Source: Botryllus schlosseri
Lineage: Eukaryota
DNA length: 64,000 nt
Reading direction: 5' to 3'
Assembly: GCA_051294905.1 (NCBI GenBank)
Contig: CM119372.1
Coordinates: forward strand, 23,562,001-23,626,000
A program made the translations under genes and the position numbers. The notes beneath the pieces are model-generated. The model worked only from the letters and a program-made list of their open reading frames with translations, had not been told where the DNA came from and made no database searches. This document shows, piece by piece, positions 49,755 to 63,923 of the stretch (position 1 is its first letter; each line of letters begins with the position of its first letter).

Positions 49755-50170
49755 TAGGGTTGTCCAAAATTTGGAAAATTTTTAAAATGCTCCGTATTGG
49801 TTCCTCATTCTATAGCTTATTGATAAAAAACAACAATCAGCCTGAAAGAAGTTCTCAGGAAAGCCGTTAAGATTTCGGGCAAAGCGTTTGAAAGTAGCTG
49901 CGCGAGACTGGGCGTGCCATCGACCATAGAACGGCGAGAAGACTAGTAACCACACAACCGCGGCTCTTGGTTGGCTAGTCGGCTATGCTTCAATGATCAC
50001 GACAGTGTTCAAGGAGGCTGCTACCGGCGGGGATTCTGGAAGCGCATTGTTGGTAAGTTGGCATATGATGATTTAAGATTAATTCAGGACATGTTGAGGT
50101 ACGAAATACATAATAAACAAACAACAGCTGCTTCACAATAACTTCTACAGCATGGCCGCTTTATTGTGAA
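49755..50170 (+). repeat. Dispersed repeat starting TAGGGTTGTCCA(T/A)AATTTGG, three copies (49755, 53332, 56994)
   Basis: Shared CGACCATAGAACGGCGAGAAG and GATCACGAC blocks in all three copies. Confidence 0.8.
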
Positions 50171-51850
50171 GGAAACGGCTGCAGAGCCTATATGCCTTGT
50201 AAGTGGTTGCTTTTAGGGCGGGCGAGGAGGGCGGTTGCCCGTGCCTCCTCTGCTCGAAGGGGCCCCGCTCTTTGGTTTAAGCGCCTTTATCAAGGATTAT
50301 AGCGAATGGACGTGGAAATCCGTGTACCAATCAAGAAGATGATTCCGTACTATAGAAGGCGTGTGTCGTCTGATCACCTGCTAGAGTTGTAACCTGAGTC
50401 CTACGTAATGTGTGGCTGGGTAGATAATACTTAGGTCGCGGTGGTAGACGCAGGTTCCTTGCGTTAGTCCTTGATCTGACAACTTCAACGAAAATGCAAC
50501 GAGAGTATTGCCTCAGATAGATATATTGGTCGAATATGCAAGGAATATAGCCTACAGTAGGATACCGCAAATGAGTCTGGCTTATAATTCAAATGCACGG
50601 GCTGATAAATGGTCAGTCACGTGGTACGGGAAAAAAGATATAAATCACGTAATATACAGATATGAGAGAGAGAGAGAGAGAGAGCCAGACGCTCCACGCC
50701 GCCTCCACTAAAAATACGTGATTAGCGACAATACAAAATTACAGTTACGTGTATATATGCTTATATCGCAAGACAAATTTATCGTAAACTGAGATGACAT
50801 AATGGAGTGAAAAGAGAAAAATTATTCAAAGGACGGTTCGGCAGTCGAACCGCGTAGAATTGAGAAATTTGTGGGAAATTTTGTGAACCATTAAGATTAA
50901 CGAATAACGGAATAGTCACAAAGACCGGGGCCCCGTAATTATGTGAACCGTTTATTCTCGGAAAAAATAGACGTATTGACGCATTCACTAATGGATACTG
51001 GAATGATAAAATGTTAAGTCCCACATGGAAGTGATATATATAAAAGAAACTGATATGGATAAGACCTAACATTAGCACCAGTGCCATTTATGCTATCTAA
51101 TATGCTATATTTTTCAGATTACATGTTCTGTCTGCACTGCTGACTCTCTTAAACATTTAATATCGCAGGGTCATTAAAGAAACGTTAATTACGAGAATGA
51201 CGATTCAATGACGATGATGCGTATATCAACTAACTCTCCACCACACGAAATGGAGGGCACAATAATACTGCATAGGAACTATGCAGTCATAATGCATTGT
51301 TAACTGCTATTATATATTAGGGCATGCAATCCTTTCAAGAAATGAACAAATTTCAACAGTCATTTGACCAGACTCAATGTCGTGAAAATGAGTCCCTCGA
51401 GAGTTGGACGAGCTATTATCCTTTTTCCCTCTCCTCTGTGTTGCTTGGATACATCCTTCTTAAAAAATTCAACAAAAGTGAATGAAATTGCTCAATTCAT
51501 CAAGATGTACTTTACTTTCCAATCCAACAGCGATGCCACAAACTCATTCTGAAGCCATATATGTCAACCGTTAGTCGCTTTTTCTTACTGGACATTTATA
51601 GCCACAATTGATTATTTCAAACCACCTGAACACAGTCAATAATAACGAAAAATGAAAAAATGAAAATAAAGAAATTTATTTGGAAAAAAGAAAAATAAAT
51701 TTTGAAGTTCCTTCAGCTCCGTGGTGATCTTCGAGAGGCAATTTCCTACTTTCAAATTTTAAACTCCTCTAGCGAGATCTACTTTCATGAGGGACAATAG
51801 GCCACTAGCTATAAAAAACTATTTTTATAAGATGTAAACCAACCTTGGTG

Positions 51851-53243
51851 CAGGGGCGGGCAACATACGGCCCGCGGGCCGGATCCGGCCCGCGAAGGAA
51901 TTTTGTCCGGCCCGCGGACAGTTTTCCGTCTTGCATGATAATGTGGCCCGCGGACCCAGTCTGCCGAGACTCCCCACTACTTGCTTACTACGTCAAATTT
52001 TAGTGACCGTATGTTATTATTAGGGCTGGGCACAATGATTCGAGTACTCGAATCTGAATCGAGTATTAATATTAATGATTTGAGTCGAGTAGTAAAATAC
52101 GATTTTTTCGAGTACTGAAATTATACGCTCCACACCACTGAAAGGTAAATTATCAACGAGAATTATAGTTTCGATATTAATTTTCACTGTTAAAGCCTTG
52201 AAACTTTGATTGGCGGTATCGTAGCATACGAAACATATAGTACAAAGCTACCAAGGTTACTGGACGTAGCACATTTCTGAAGTCATGATTATCCCACAAC
52301 ATTGTCACCAAGTGGAATGCAATCGGTACGGTCGAAAAATGCCCCAATATCTTTTATGCGATGGATGACAGACATTTTATTCTTTGTGGTGGCTTATACG
52401 GTACATATTTGAACTTTGACGTCATACATTATGTTATGACGTCATAATAAGTGATACTCGGTTACTCGACTCGACTCGAAGCATATTACGTGATTCAGAA
52501 TCGAATCACTCAGGTACTCGATTTTGCCCAGCCCTAGTTATTATATGCGTGTATGAGCAGCATTACGAGAGTGGAGCTTACGCGGAAGTTCGTCGAAGCG
52601 AGAAGACTTGCATTATCGGCATTTACGATGCACTCAGCCCTATTGTCGTCTGTGGTAATCATGATTTTTGTCGACTACAATGGTCATTTACACCAGGCTG
52701 ATATTTCTTATTTTTTATTCCGTAACCGTCGACTTGTAGCGCGGCACACTTCTAGGCTTTTTGCACCGCATATGCCAGGGGCCGCCAACTCAAAACGAGT
52801 CGCAGGACAACTTTCAAATTTCTTAGAGGACGCGGGCCGCATGAATTCAATATCGAGATTAATTAGGCCACACAGTTGAACAACGACGCTACTCAACCCT
52901 AATGAATTGATATCTAGGTAAATTTGGGTCACCGGGCTTATCGAACGCCTTGAAATCTAAATTAGACATTGCACCGTGTGTTGATTGATCAGATAGAAGC
53001 AGACATGGCGGCGCCTGTATGACAATGTTATTCTCAAATACACATTGTCTTCGCCATCAGGGACGAGAATTGGCTTTGAAGTGACATTGCTGTCGTTAAA
53101 ACACATTCATTAAATACGATTTATTCCTTGTAGGCCTATATGTGGATAAATGGGTGAATAATGTATCGATTCAGCAATCCGGCCCGCCAAGTACTAAATT
53201 TTCCTAAATCTGGCCCGCCGACTGGAGAAGTTGTCCGCCCCTG
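51851..53243. mobile_element. Inverted copy of composite hAT 34205-35241 with nested TAGGGCTGGGCA MITE (52021-52536)
   Basis: CAGGGGCGGGCAAC...GTTGTCCGCCCCTG termini. The nested MITE has perfect TSD GTTATTAT. The outer TSD is not preserved. Confidence 0.85.
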
Positions 53244-53744
53244 TGTTAGGGGAATATGGGACTGTGTGAGTCCGGATTCACTCAAAAGTGAAGCAGCGTC
53301 TTTATAGAAGAGGTCCTCAACGTATGTCCATTAGGGTTGTCCATAATTTGGAAAATCCCAAAAATAATGCGTATCCATGTCTCATTGTATAGATTATTGA
53401 TAAAAAAAAAAACCGTCAATGAGCCTGCAATAAGCTCGCAGGAAAGGCGTTAGGATTTGTCGAAATGCATTTGAAAGTATAGCTGCTATAGAGTGGGCAT
53501 GCCAGCGACCATAGAACGGCGAGAAGCTAGTAATCACGAAATCACAGCTCTTGATTGGTTAATCAGCTATGCTTGGATGATCACGACTGCATCGGCTTGC
53601 TGATTATGTGCTTCTACTCGTTCAAGAAGTTTGGTAGCGGCAATGATTCTGTAAGTGCATTGTATGTTGGTAATTTAACGATGAAATGTGACACCTGGTC
53701 ATTGAATGTTTTAGTTTTAAAAGTAGGTTACGATAGGTTTAGAG

Positions 53745-55032
53745 CAGTGGTTCCCAAAGTGGACGCCAGCGCCGCCCTGGGGGCGTCCACGAGCGTGAAG
53801 GGGGCGCTGGCCATGAAATGGGCGATTGGGAGGTGGCTGAGAGAAAATAGGGGCGGTGTAGGTTTAGAAGGCAACTGCTGCGCAGCGTTGGAATGATTGA
53901 TAAATAAAACAGCGAAACACTCAGTAATTCCAAATTCGATTCAGTCAGGGCAATTTAGGGTCATCAATCTATTTAATTAGCTGTACTAGAAATTCTATTT
54001 GACAATGTTGATCCTGCCCATCAATGGACTAATTTAGCAGTCCCTAGAACTCGTGGTTCAATGTGTGCTGTGAGCACTACGAAATATTTGAGAAGTTATT
54101 GCTCACTGCCAGGTGTGATATGACTTTTTAAGAGAAACTGTCCAGCGTGTTTTTAATCTCCGTTACAAACGATCGTGGATTTTCCACAGTGCTGCGACCG
54201 TGGCCTTTGACATGGCGTTTTGATTGCGAGAAACGATATCGCTTCTGCTTGACCTGCATATTTTCCAAAATCTATGAGTAGAATATATCCGTTATTAGTA
54301 ATGATGAAGCCTGATAAAGGTGAAAAATGTCACAGTCCGGATTCAGTGATAAATCCGTGATATTGCACCGCAATTTTGCGACACGTGAACTGATCCAATT
54401 CTTAAGCTTGCATGGTCTACCGGTCCTGCTCGAATACCCGATTTTGATGGAGAGGAGACACATAAATCAATCATCTCAGAAAACTGCACGAGGATATGGG
54501 GATTTATTTCTAGGATATGTTCTAATTAGAAATTCCTTACCGGACAATCAATCCATTCTGTAAAGTTTCTAAGCATGAAATAATTGAGAAGTCGATTACA
54601 TTGTAGTGTAGAATAATTTTGAGGTAAATGCAAAGTTCAATAACTCCAATCAATCGTTCTCGATACACAATTAAATCATATATAAATAGTCTCGCTGGAG
54701 TCGGGTTGGCTTTTTCTTCGTTGCCCGTCCCCGCTCATATTTGTTAGAACGTGTTCCCGACTCACAGCAGAAACCGACTTCACGGCACACAGGACGTGAA
54801 GACTGGAGATTTTAAAATGAGATTGTTCTTATCAAAACTCCAATCCAAAATGACGTCAAGGATGATGATAATAACATTACTGCACCAGCTTCATCCGTCT
54901 CATCATTAGCTGTAATAAATGCAGAACAACTTTCGTTTTATGATTTACGTGTGGTGAGGGGGAATCGTGGGGCGCTAGCACTTAATTCGTTGTCCAGGGG
55001 GGCGGTAGCTCAAAAAAGTTTGGGAAACAGTG
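53745..55032. mobile_element. hAT-type element (CAGTGGTTCCCAAA termini)
   Basis: Perfect TSD GTTTAGAG (53737-53744, 55033-55040). Confidence 0.85.
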
Positions 55033-55416
55033 GTTTAGAGCAACAATAGCCTATAACAGACATGGCAGAGGTGAAACAGCGAATGATTGTGAACTTGTAG
55101 AACTAAGTATAAATCCAATAAATATCTAGTCTGACATGCCTGCGATTACGCCGAGTCCTGCTTTTCTGGGTGCAGGTAAAGTATTAGTCATCGCCAAACT
55201 GGCGCAGCACACCATGTGTGATGGATGCTCTGGACACAATCCTGTATGCTCAGAAGATGATATGTGGAGGTGGACTGACCAGGTAGCTTATATTGGAACT
55301 CTGAAGAAGTGTAACTACCGCATCGCTTCAATGCATTTTTGATCCATATCTGGTTTCATTCAAGCATTAGTAGTGACGCAGCCTGTAATCTATGATTCAA
55401 TTGGGACATGCTAGGC

Positions 55417-56616
55417 CAGGGGTTCTCAAAGGGTGGGCCACAGAGCATTTTGAGGTGGGCCACAGAGCTATTTAGAAAATTTCAGAATTAATGTAAGTTT
55501 AGTTATATTTCTTATGTTATTCTCTAAAAATACATTCGTATTATCGAATTATACGTAGGCTACATAAAGCTTTTCACCCGACTCTGATTAGACGAAGTGG
55601 CACGTATGAAGTCAGCATGTACAAATCGAAAACGTTAGGGAGAAACGGTGATATTTCCTACTGGCTATGACAACCTACGGCTAACAGTAACTAAAATAAT
55701 TTCAAGAGTCTAATAACTGGAAGATAATGCTGAAGTAGCAAGTACTCCGGCACGGTCATATGTCGTATGCCGTTGAAAGGGGTACGCCATGAACTCGCAA
55801 TGAAGTGCAATTGATGTACAGATTTACTGTACTTCGGCAGGCAGGCCGTATTATTGCAAGCTAAAAATAGCCATAATTGCAAATTATTTGCAACTTCTGG
55901 CGGAGGCATACTGCACCACCGCAACGAATCTTAATGGATTGAGGATTTATCGGAGCGCATTAATCTTTGAAGCCGGTTTAAAATGTCCGGCCTGGAAATC
56001 ATTGTACATAATGAAAGAGTCACAGGAATTGATTGTATCATTGGATTGAATATTCTGACATATCGCAACTTCAGTTGTTTTGGTACAAGACATACAAAGT
56101 ACATCATGCATATTGAAAATTCTTTCTCCACTTCTCTGTAGTACCCCATTCACCAATGAATTGTTCGATGCTGGCCCAGAATGATTATAATATACCCCAC
56201 AATAGTATTACTAAAGTCCCAAACACACAGTGCTGGGATCTGATCATTGTGTTTCGCGTCGCGAATGGAGCAGCGGATGAAAATAATCTACTTAGGAGTT
56301 TTAGCTTATGATTTACCATGGCCGTAACTGCCGCACCCACACCCCCAATTGGGGGAACTCGAAGGGGGCCAATATTATTTCGTTGGTCAATTTCAACTTG
56401 AAAGTTTTTTCGCGCTTCGCGCGATTTCATATCCCGGGAGATCGAGATTTAAATATCATCAGTTAGAGAAAATGCGCATATTTTGGAGAAATAGGCATAG
56501 GCGCTGTCCATGACCACGCACTAAACAGGATTATGACTCTAAGATATCAGGTGGGCCACAGCACATTTTTAAACCGGAAAATGGGCCACGGCCGAGAAAG
56601 GGCTCAGAGCCCCATG
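55417..56616 (+). mobile_element. CAGGGGTTCTCAA-family hAT element
   Basis: Perfect TSD TGCTAGGC. Homologous to 29705-30724. Confidence 0.85.
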
Positions 56617-57529
56617 TGCTAGGCTATACAAGCAAACTGTAGTTTTACTGGTCCTACCAGCATAGTCTGTGCTCACTGCGTACATTTAGATCTCTTTATG
56701 CGGTACGATCGAGGTTTAGAGGGCAACTGCTGCGTATAGTGTTGAAACGATTGATGAATAATACAGCAAAATATGCAGTAAAACTGTAAAATCGGTTATG
56801 TCAAGGCAATTTATTATGGTCGATCCAGGCGTCGGACTGTTCGGAAAATTCGATTGTTACTTAAAAATATACATCCTGCCCATCGATGGACTGATTCAGC
56901 AGTCGGTACTCGGCAGAATCACCAGAAAGCGTGGTATGTTAGGTTATGTTATGTTAACTACGATGTATTTGAACACTTTATATTGCTGCACAGTAGGGTT
57001 GTCCATAATTTGGAAAATCTTAAAAATGCTCCGTTGTAATGTCTTATTCTATAGGTTATTGATAAAAAAAAAATGGGCCAAGTAGAAGCTCACAGGAAAG
57101 CCCTTAAGATTTCGTGTAAAGCGTTTGAAAGAAGCTGCTGAAGAATGGGCATGCCACCGACCATAGAACGGCGAGAAGACTAGTAATCACGAAACCACGA
57201 CTCTTAATTGGCTAATAGGCTATGCTTCATTGATCACGACAGCAGCAGCTTGCTGATAAGGTGATCAAGGAGTCTGCTACCGGCGGCGATTCTGAAGCGC
57301 ATTGTAGGTAGGTTGGCAGATAATGATTTAGGATTAATTCAGGGCATGTCTAAATCATAACCGCTTTATTGTGAACAGGGCCTTGAAGCAGCCGTAAATT
57401 TGCATTGCTCCAGCTCCTGCTCCGGAGCTTTCCCCTATCATACATTAGCTCCGGCTCCAGCTCCGGAGCCGCATTATTACCACTGCTCCGGCTCCAGCTC
57501 TGAAAACTATCGAAGGTGTCTGCCTATAT

Positions 57530-58230
57530 CAGGGGTGGGCAACCCACGGCCTGCGGGCCATATGTGGCCCGCGAGAAGTTTTTGAGTAGCCCGCGAGCTA
57601 ATTTCCCGTTATATTATCGGAATTCTGTTACCATTATCGAAATTGAATTGCTCAGATCGTGAACTTGCAAGGCCAACAAAAAATTTGATTAGTCTGGCAG
57701 CGACACTTGGGATGTTGATTACTAAAATATCTGTTTCGACGCATTGGCAGATCCAGGGTCCAGTCACATTTTTTAGTAAATCGTCGTACGTTACAATAAA
57801 CTAAAATAGTAGTAAATTTTTTCTTCACGCTTCGCGTGTTTAATTGTCACACTATTTCTTTCTTTGTAGCCTACCCCCACCTGAAAATGAAAAAACGCCC
57901 GATGTATCCGATTGAGTCTAACTATATTCGTAATTACGAGAGAACGTATTTTCGCGTTTGCGCTCGCAGAAAGATCGTCGGCGATGAATTGTAGGCACTA
58001 AAGGATTGTCGTCTATTAGCGGAAATCTTCGATATCGATATGTCCAGATGCCGAATAGTCCTGTCCTTGCAAACTGACCGCAGCGGGCGGTATACAGTTG
58101 ACCCGCAATACACCCAAGTAATAATAACATTACCTTCGAAATTTATACGCGCCTGACGCGGCTAGTGGACAGCGCACTCGTTCGTCAATTTCATGTGTTG
58201 CCCTTTAGCCGAAAAGGTTGGCCACCCCTG
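57530..58230. mobile_element. hAT-type MITE (CAGGGGTGG termini)
   Basis: CAGGGGTGGGCAACC / GGTTGGCCACCCCTG with TSD GCCTATAT / GTCTATAT. Confidence 0.8.
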
Positions 58231-58749
58231 GTCTATATAGATTACTAATTTAACCGTAGGTTAGTTATCTATAGTAATCTAGAGTCTGTCAGCCGTCAGT
58301 AACATCGGATGCAGCAACGAAGACATAGGTGCCGCTGTAACGGCTTGTGACGACATAATGAATACTTGTCAATTGTCGATAATTTCATAGTTGCACTAGA
58401 ACGCACTTTACTCCGTGCCATTGCTGTGTGCAGCTTTAAAATTCTGATGCGGCGTTTTAACACTGGCACACCGTACTCGTTAACATTAAGCCATACAGCT
58501 CAATTCAATTTTTAAATGTGCAATTATTATTCAACTGTAACTGTTGTAAGAGCAATATGGGCGGATATAACGACGTGATCAATAGAAACTCGATTCGTAC
58601 CAAATAGCCAATGGTTTGACGTTCGATATTGGCGCACTCGTTACCAGCTCCATCCGGTGTCGATCAAGTTTATCTGAATATGATATTTTCCGGTTGAAAC
58701 AAATCGAATAATCGAATTAAACACTGTGCCATGCACATTGCGCCATGCC

Positions 58750-58865
58750 CAGGCCGTGTTATTTTTGGCATTTCAGGAGCCAGATGCCAAAACTGCCAAA
58801 AATAAAAATTTGAAAATGCCAAAAATAAGCAATTTTTGGCATATGCCAAAAATAACACGGCCTGC
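58750..58865. mobile_element. ~115-bp MITE-like hairpin with perfect 22-bp inverted repeats
   Basis: CAGGCCGTGTTATTTTTGGCAT ... ATGCCAAAAATAACACGGCCTG with internal TGCCAAAA repeats. No clear TSD. Confidence 0.7.
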
Positions 58866-59289
58866 CAAATAGTGTATTTCATTCATGGTGTTGTGTTAAC
58901 AGGACCGCGTTACAAGCGAGAAGAGCGTTTGTGAAAGGCAGGTTTCTTAATCTGGGTCCAGCCCACCCATTAGGGGTGAAAGCATGTGTCCTAAATGTTG
59001 TGGGCACCGCGAGATTGAACGGTTGACTGCATTTGGTTTACGTCATACTTTCCATTTGTCCGAAGGCAATTTTACGACCATTTTTGACCGGCTTGTCGAG
59101 CGCTAAATTTGATAAAACGGGTATCAATGAGAAGCTGCCGCAGTACTGATTATTTAAATATAAATTATATTCTGCTCATGGAGCTGAACCCCCAAAATCA
59201 ACCACGATTTTTGCATTGTGATCGAGTTGAACATTGTGACGCAACAAACTGTCTGGATTTCTGAGCGGCATAGTAATGAATTTGGTGAT

Positions 59290-60211
59290 AGTACTACAGA
59301 GAAGTGGATTAAGTTTTTTTAATATGCATGCTATACAATGTACATTGTATGTCTCGTACCAAACCAACTGAAGTTGCGATGTCAGAATATTCAATCCAAT
59401 GATACAATCACTTCATGTGAGTCTTTCATTATGTTCAATGATTTTCATGCCGGACATTTTAAACCGACTGCAAAGATTAATGCACTCCACGAAATCCTCA
59501 ATCCATTACGATTCGTTGCGGTGGTGCAGTATACCTTCACCAGAAGTTGCTAATAATTTTCAATTATGGCTATTTTTGTCTTACAATAATCCGATCTGCC
59601 GAAGTACAGTAAATCTCTACATCAATTACACTTCATTCCGAGTTTATTGCACACCCTTTCAACGACATACGACCAATGTTCCCTCAAGCTGCGCACGTGC
59701 GCAAATGCGCAGTGCTGACACAGTCTCTGCGCACAGAAAATCTAAGTTGCGCACAAAAAATCCGAAGTTATGACCTTTTTTTAGTCGCTTCGCACTGCTG
59801 TCCCAGGGTCTGCGCAGTGCGAGTTGGTGAGTTTGCGCAGGCTCGTCAAAAATTAGAGGGAACATTGCATACGACATATGACCCTGTCGGAATACCTGGT
59901 TACTTCAGCAATACTTCCAGTTATCATATACTCGAAATTACTTTAGTTGCTGTTAGCCGTAGGTTGTCATAGCCAGCGGAGAAAGTCGCCGTTTGTCTCT
60001 CCCATTTTCGACTTGTACATGCTGACTCCACACGTGCCACTACGTCTCCTCAGAGTCGGATGAAAAGTTTATGAATATAATTCTAGCGTTTAACATTACA
60101 AATATAACTAAACTTACATTAACTCCAACATTTTCTAAATAGCTTTGCGGCCCACCTCAGAATGCTCTGTGGTCCACCAGTGGGCCATGGCCCACCCTTT
60201 GAAAACCCCTG
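59290..60211 (-). mobile_element. Truncated CAGGGGTTCTCAA-family copy with nested CAATGTTCCC MITE (59674-59867, TSD CATACGAC)
   Basis: Reverse complement of 55417-56150, ending TTTGAAAACCCCTG. Confidence 0.85.
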
Positions 60212-60756
60212 TATTAGCATCTCGGCGAAAACCTCCTCACTCTTGACATTAATTGGTGGTATGCAAAAATTTAATCCATGCGAGTGTCGACGACAGTGCG
60301 TAATCCGATAAGTTGATGATATTCTTCTCATCCGGGCAAGCGGACTTCCGAAACAGTCAACGATCGACTAGTGGATTATAATTTTGTTCGTTTTTAGATA
60401 AATTAATACCCTCTTTGATCGAGTCAATTTAAGCGAGGTATCAGCAAAATCGAACAAAATATATATAAAATAACTAAATAAAATATTATAATGCAAATAC
60501 AACCATCATCAGTGGTTTATTAGCGATTTTAGCAATTAGCAACCATGATAAAATTAATAATAAAATGATACTTAACTACCCAAATTTTTTTATCCTTTAC
60601 CATAGAAAAGCAGATCACCATGTAATTTTAGAATGCATAGCTCTCGCATATGGCTTGGTCGGTGCATAGCCTTTGTAAAGGCCATGGCATAGTCTATGGC
60701 TATGGTCGGTGTTCAGAACCAAATGACTGTAACGGTTCATTACACAACCTCGGGTT

Positions 60757-60770
60757 ATTGTCATGGTAAC
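60757..60770 (+). promoter_or_regulatory. RFX X-box-like motif upstream of MORN3
   Basis: ATTGTCATGGTAAC versus consensus GTTGCCATGGCAAC, ~104 bp before the ATG of a cilia/flagella-associated gene. Confidence 0.55.
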
Positions 60771-60873
60771 AGCATGACCCGATTTCCAACAACTCATGTC
60801 GAATGTTTTCTATTGTTAGGGAAAGTAAAATTGCAGAGTACATATATTTTTTCACTAATACACACCAAATATC

Positions 60874-63800
60874 ATGCCTCGCATTAAAGAAGCTAGAAAG
60901 GTTGAGCCGCTTTGGCATGCATGGGATTACAAAGCGCAAAAGAAAGGACTTCGACATACGGTATACTCTGTGAATGGTGATCAATACACTGGGGAATGGC
61001 TAGACAACAAAAGACACGGTATGTATTCTCAATAATTCAATCTTAAATAAGCGGTTATTTGATTCATTTTCACTCTATATACTAGGTAAGGGCACAAAGC
61101 TATCGAAAGAAGACAACAGTATCTATGACGGGGATTGGAAGTATGGAAAGCGGAATGGGTTTGGAACGTTAAGTATTCCAGATAAAGAAGCAGGTATCTT
61201 CAAAAAGCAATATTCCGGAGGATGGAAAAATGACATGAAACACGTAGGTTATGGTTGCATATCTTCAAGTCATAAGGCCCATTTACATGGCAGTTTGGGT
61301 CAGCTTCGAAGCTGTCTTGCCAATCTGACTCTCTCGATTCCGACAAAGAGACTTCGAGTCATCTTGAACTCAAATCCTTTCGTTACGCTTGCTTTGAGAC
61401 GACTTGACCGGTATCGATTCTTCAAAACGATTCCTGAATTCCATTTCTACCAACATTTATAAAAATATTTCATGAACTTGATGCGTATTACACCTGAGAA
61501 AAAGAAGAGTCCTAACCGTACATGATCCTGCTTTTTCAACAATATGCTTGAGGTTTTATTTTTTCAGAGTCATAAATTATGAAGCGAGTAGCTTATGTAG
61601 CCAACTATATAGCTCGGTCAATTCAGTATCAAGGTAAAAAGGCAAGTTGTCCTAACCTGTGCTTGGCCATTCTAAATTTGTGTAAAAGTATTTCTGGTTG
61701 TTGCATCTAGTGTAGCATAATCTGTGAGCTCAATCTCGATCCCATATATGTAAGAAGATGCTGGTAATAAACCTCCCTTCGTTTGCCCAGTCAGCTATAT
61801 GCAAAATGCAAGTCCACATATCTTATTATTTCTAACCAATCGTTATCCGAAGAAAATGTTGTGCAACTTCAGCAACTTGGGTTACCAGACACACTTGACT
61901 ACTCTGTACTCAGCAATCACCATATACATAGAAAATCAGACTCTCGATTCAAGGATGATGTTATTATGTTTTAATGGTCATTACTATATTTAAGGGATAC
62001 GGCACTTTCTTCTACACTGATACTGAGTACTACGAGGGAGAGTGGTTCAAAGATGAAAGGTCAGGATGGGGGAGAATGTACTTTGGCGATGGATCAATAT
62101 ATGAAGGCGAATGGAAAGAAGATAAGCAATGTGGCCGAGGAATGCACAGATTAGGTGAGTTTCGATTTGAATCACAGGTTGATGTCTCTCAATGTAAGGG
62201 TTTAATTCAGCAACTATTACCGATAGGGATGTAGGATATGATTTCTTTGGACTGAATCAACTTGGTCTTTAATCGCAGTCGATTTTGGTTGATGGATGCC
62301 ACTCTTAATTATAGACTGCCTGTATATGTTGGTTAGCAGAGGTGGTCAAGAAGAAAGTACTTCTACCTTTCAAAGTACTCAAGTAGACTTTGCGCACTGG
62401 TACTACTTATTCACATGGTGGTGATTTGAGACTAGGCCTATACTTCCACTTGTAATTCTACTAAACATTTTTTTAGTTGTCTAGACAAAACTAGGCCTAG
62501 AATACACTTTATTATTTACTTGGAAATCACTACTTCTAGTTCTACTTGAGTACCAATGATGAATACTTTGACCACCTCTGGGGATTAGTATCTTATATAT
62601 AATATTCTGCCCCTAACTCCCTATTGAAATAAGATCTGTAATATTTTGGCGGTCTATGCAAAGCCTTGTAAACATGCTTTAACTTGAATGCACCAAAACT
62701 ATTTTATTATGCTGATAGAGTTAATAAGTCTTGTCTCCTGATAATGACGAGAGATTAGGGACATACCATTCCTGCGGAAGATGTATTAGATTTAAATATA
62801 TAATCCCAACTACATCTGAGGAAACAATGCAACAAAGAAAATTATGTTAACTGCGCCACTGGGCGCGCGAGCTGCTGTGTACAAACGTTCAACCCAACTG
62901 CATGTTGTGAGGCAAATCTTCTTAATTCGCTGTAGCGAGAATAAGGATATAACAAGAGTAAACATAGATGTGATTTAAAATAAAAACATTATATAGACAT
63001 CGTACATCATTCCAAATAAGTGTCTTATATAGAGTCAGACTGATATATCGACCGGCAGATATCTGCCTTTGTAAAAATATTGGTCTTGACCAACTTCGGA
63101 ACATATTTATTGGCCTATCAAATTACTCTGGGCATTACGAGTGTTTTATTTTCCTTGCTCTAAGCAACCCAAGTTGTTACCACTATAAAATGTTGATTCT
63201 ATCACTCCATTGTCATGAACATGAACAATTATGTGATGGTATAGCTGTGTTTCTTCAACTAGCCTACCGGATAATATACACCTTTTGGAATGGAAATTGT
63301 AGTGTATCTCTGCTCCCATTTATTGTAAATACATGAAGGTGATATGAGATGTAATTTTCAAATTATTGTCGCTAATTAGAAGTTGCACTTTGAATATGTG
63401 ATATTTTGGTATCGGTTTATTAACAAAAATCTATTATATCGTTGATACCACCATCGGTCTAAAGTTCTAATATCGGTTGGACTAGTCATATAATAAAGTC
63501 ATGGTGATTTCAATGTTGACATCCACAAATAGCCCGCTGTATTCTCGCATCACACATATTCACACAGTACCTTCTCAAATAGTATACGTTCATCTATTTC
63601 AATCCACTATGCCGACAAAAATTAGCAACATATCATCAGGCGGGCATCTTAAGAAACACTAGTATGTGGTTTCAGGCCACTCTGGAATTAAAACGATTTA
63701 GATAGGTACGGTACGGTAATATGTTGTAAACTTTGCAGCTTCGGAGAATCGTTATGAAGGGGAGTGGAGAGACGGGAAGAAAAACGGACGTGGAAGATAT

Positions 63801-63923
63801 TTTTACCTCGACTCCGGACAAGTTTATGAAGGCGTTTGGGTGAATGATATCGCCAAGTGCGGGACCATGATTGATTTTCTGCGCGAAAGTGCACCCTCTC
63901 CAACCATGTATCCAATTCCTGCA
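60874..63923 (+). CDS. MORN3: MORN repeat-containing protein 3; final exon probably beyond the window
   Basis: Exons 60874-61018, 61086-61243, 61995-62154, 63739-63923, all GT-AG and in phase. Protein MPRIKEARKVEPLWHAWDYKAQKKGLRHTVYSVNGDQYTGEW...YEGEW MORN repeats...YEGVWVNDIAKCGTMIDFLRESAPSPTMYPIPA, matching MORN3 N- and C-terminal signatures. Confidence 0.96.
62337..62580. mobile_element. CAGAGGTGGTCAA MITE in MORN3 intron 3
   Basis: TIR CAGAGGTGGTCAA / TTGACCACCTCTG with TACTT repeats. Confidence 0.75.

Noticed and set aside
57405..57500. GCTCCGGCTCCA repeats encoding APAPAP
   Set aside because: Most likely subterminal repeats of a MITE fragment. There is no splice or ORF support for a gene.
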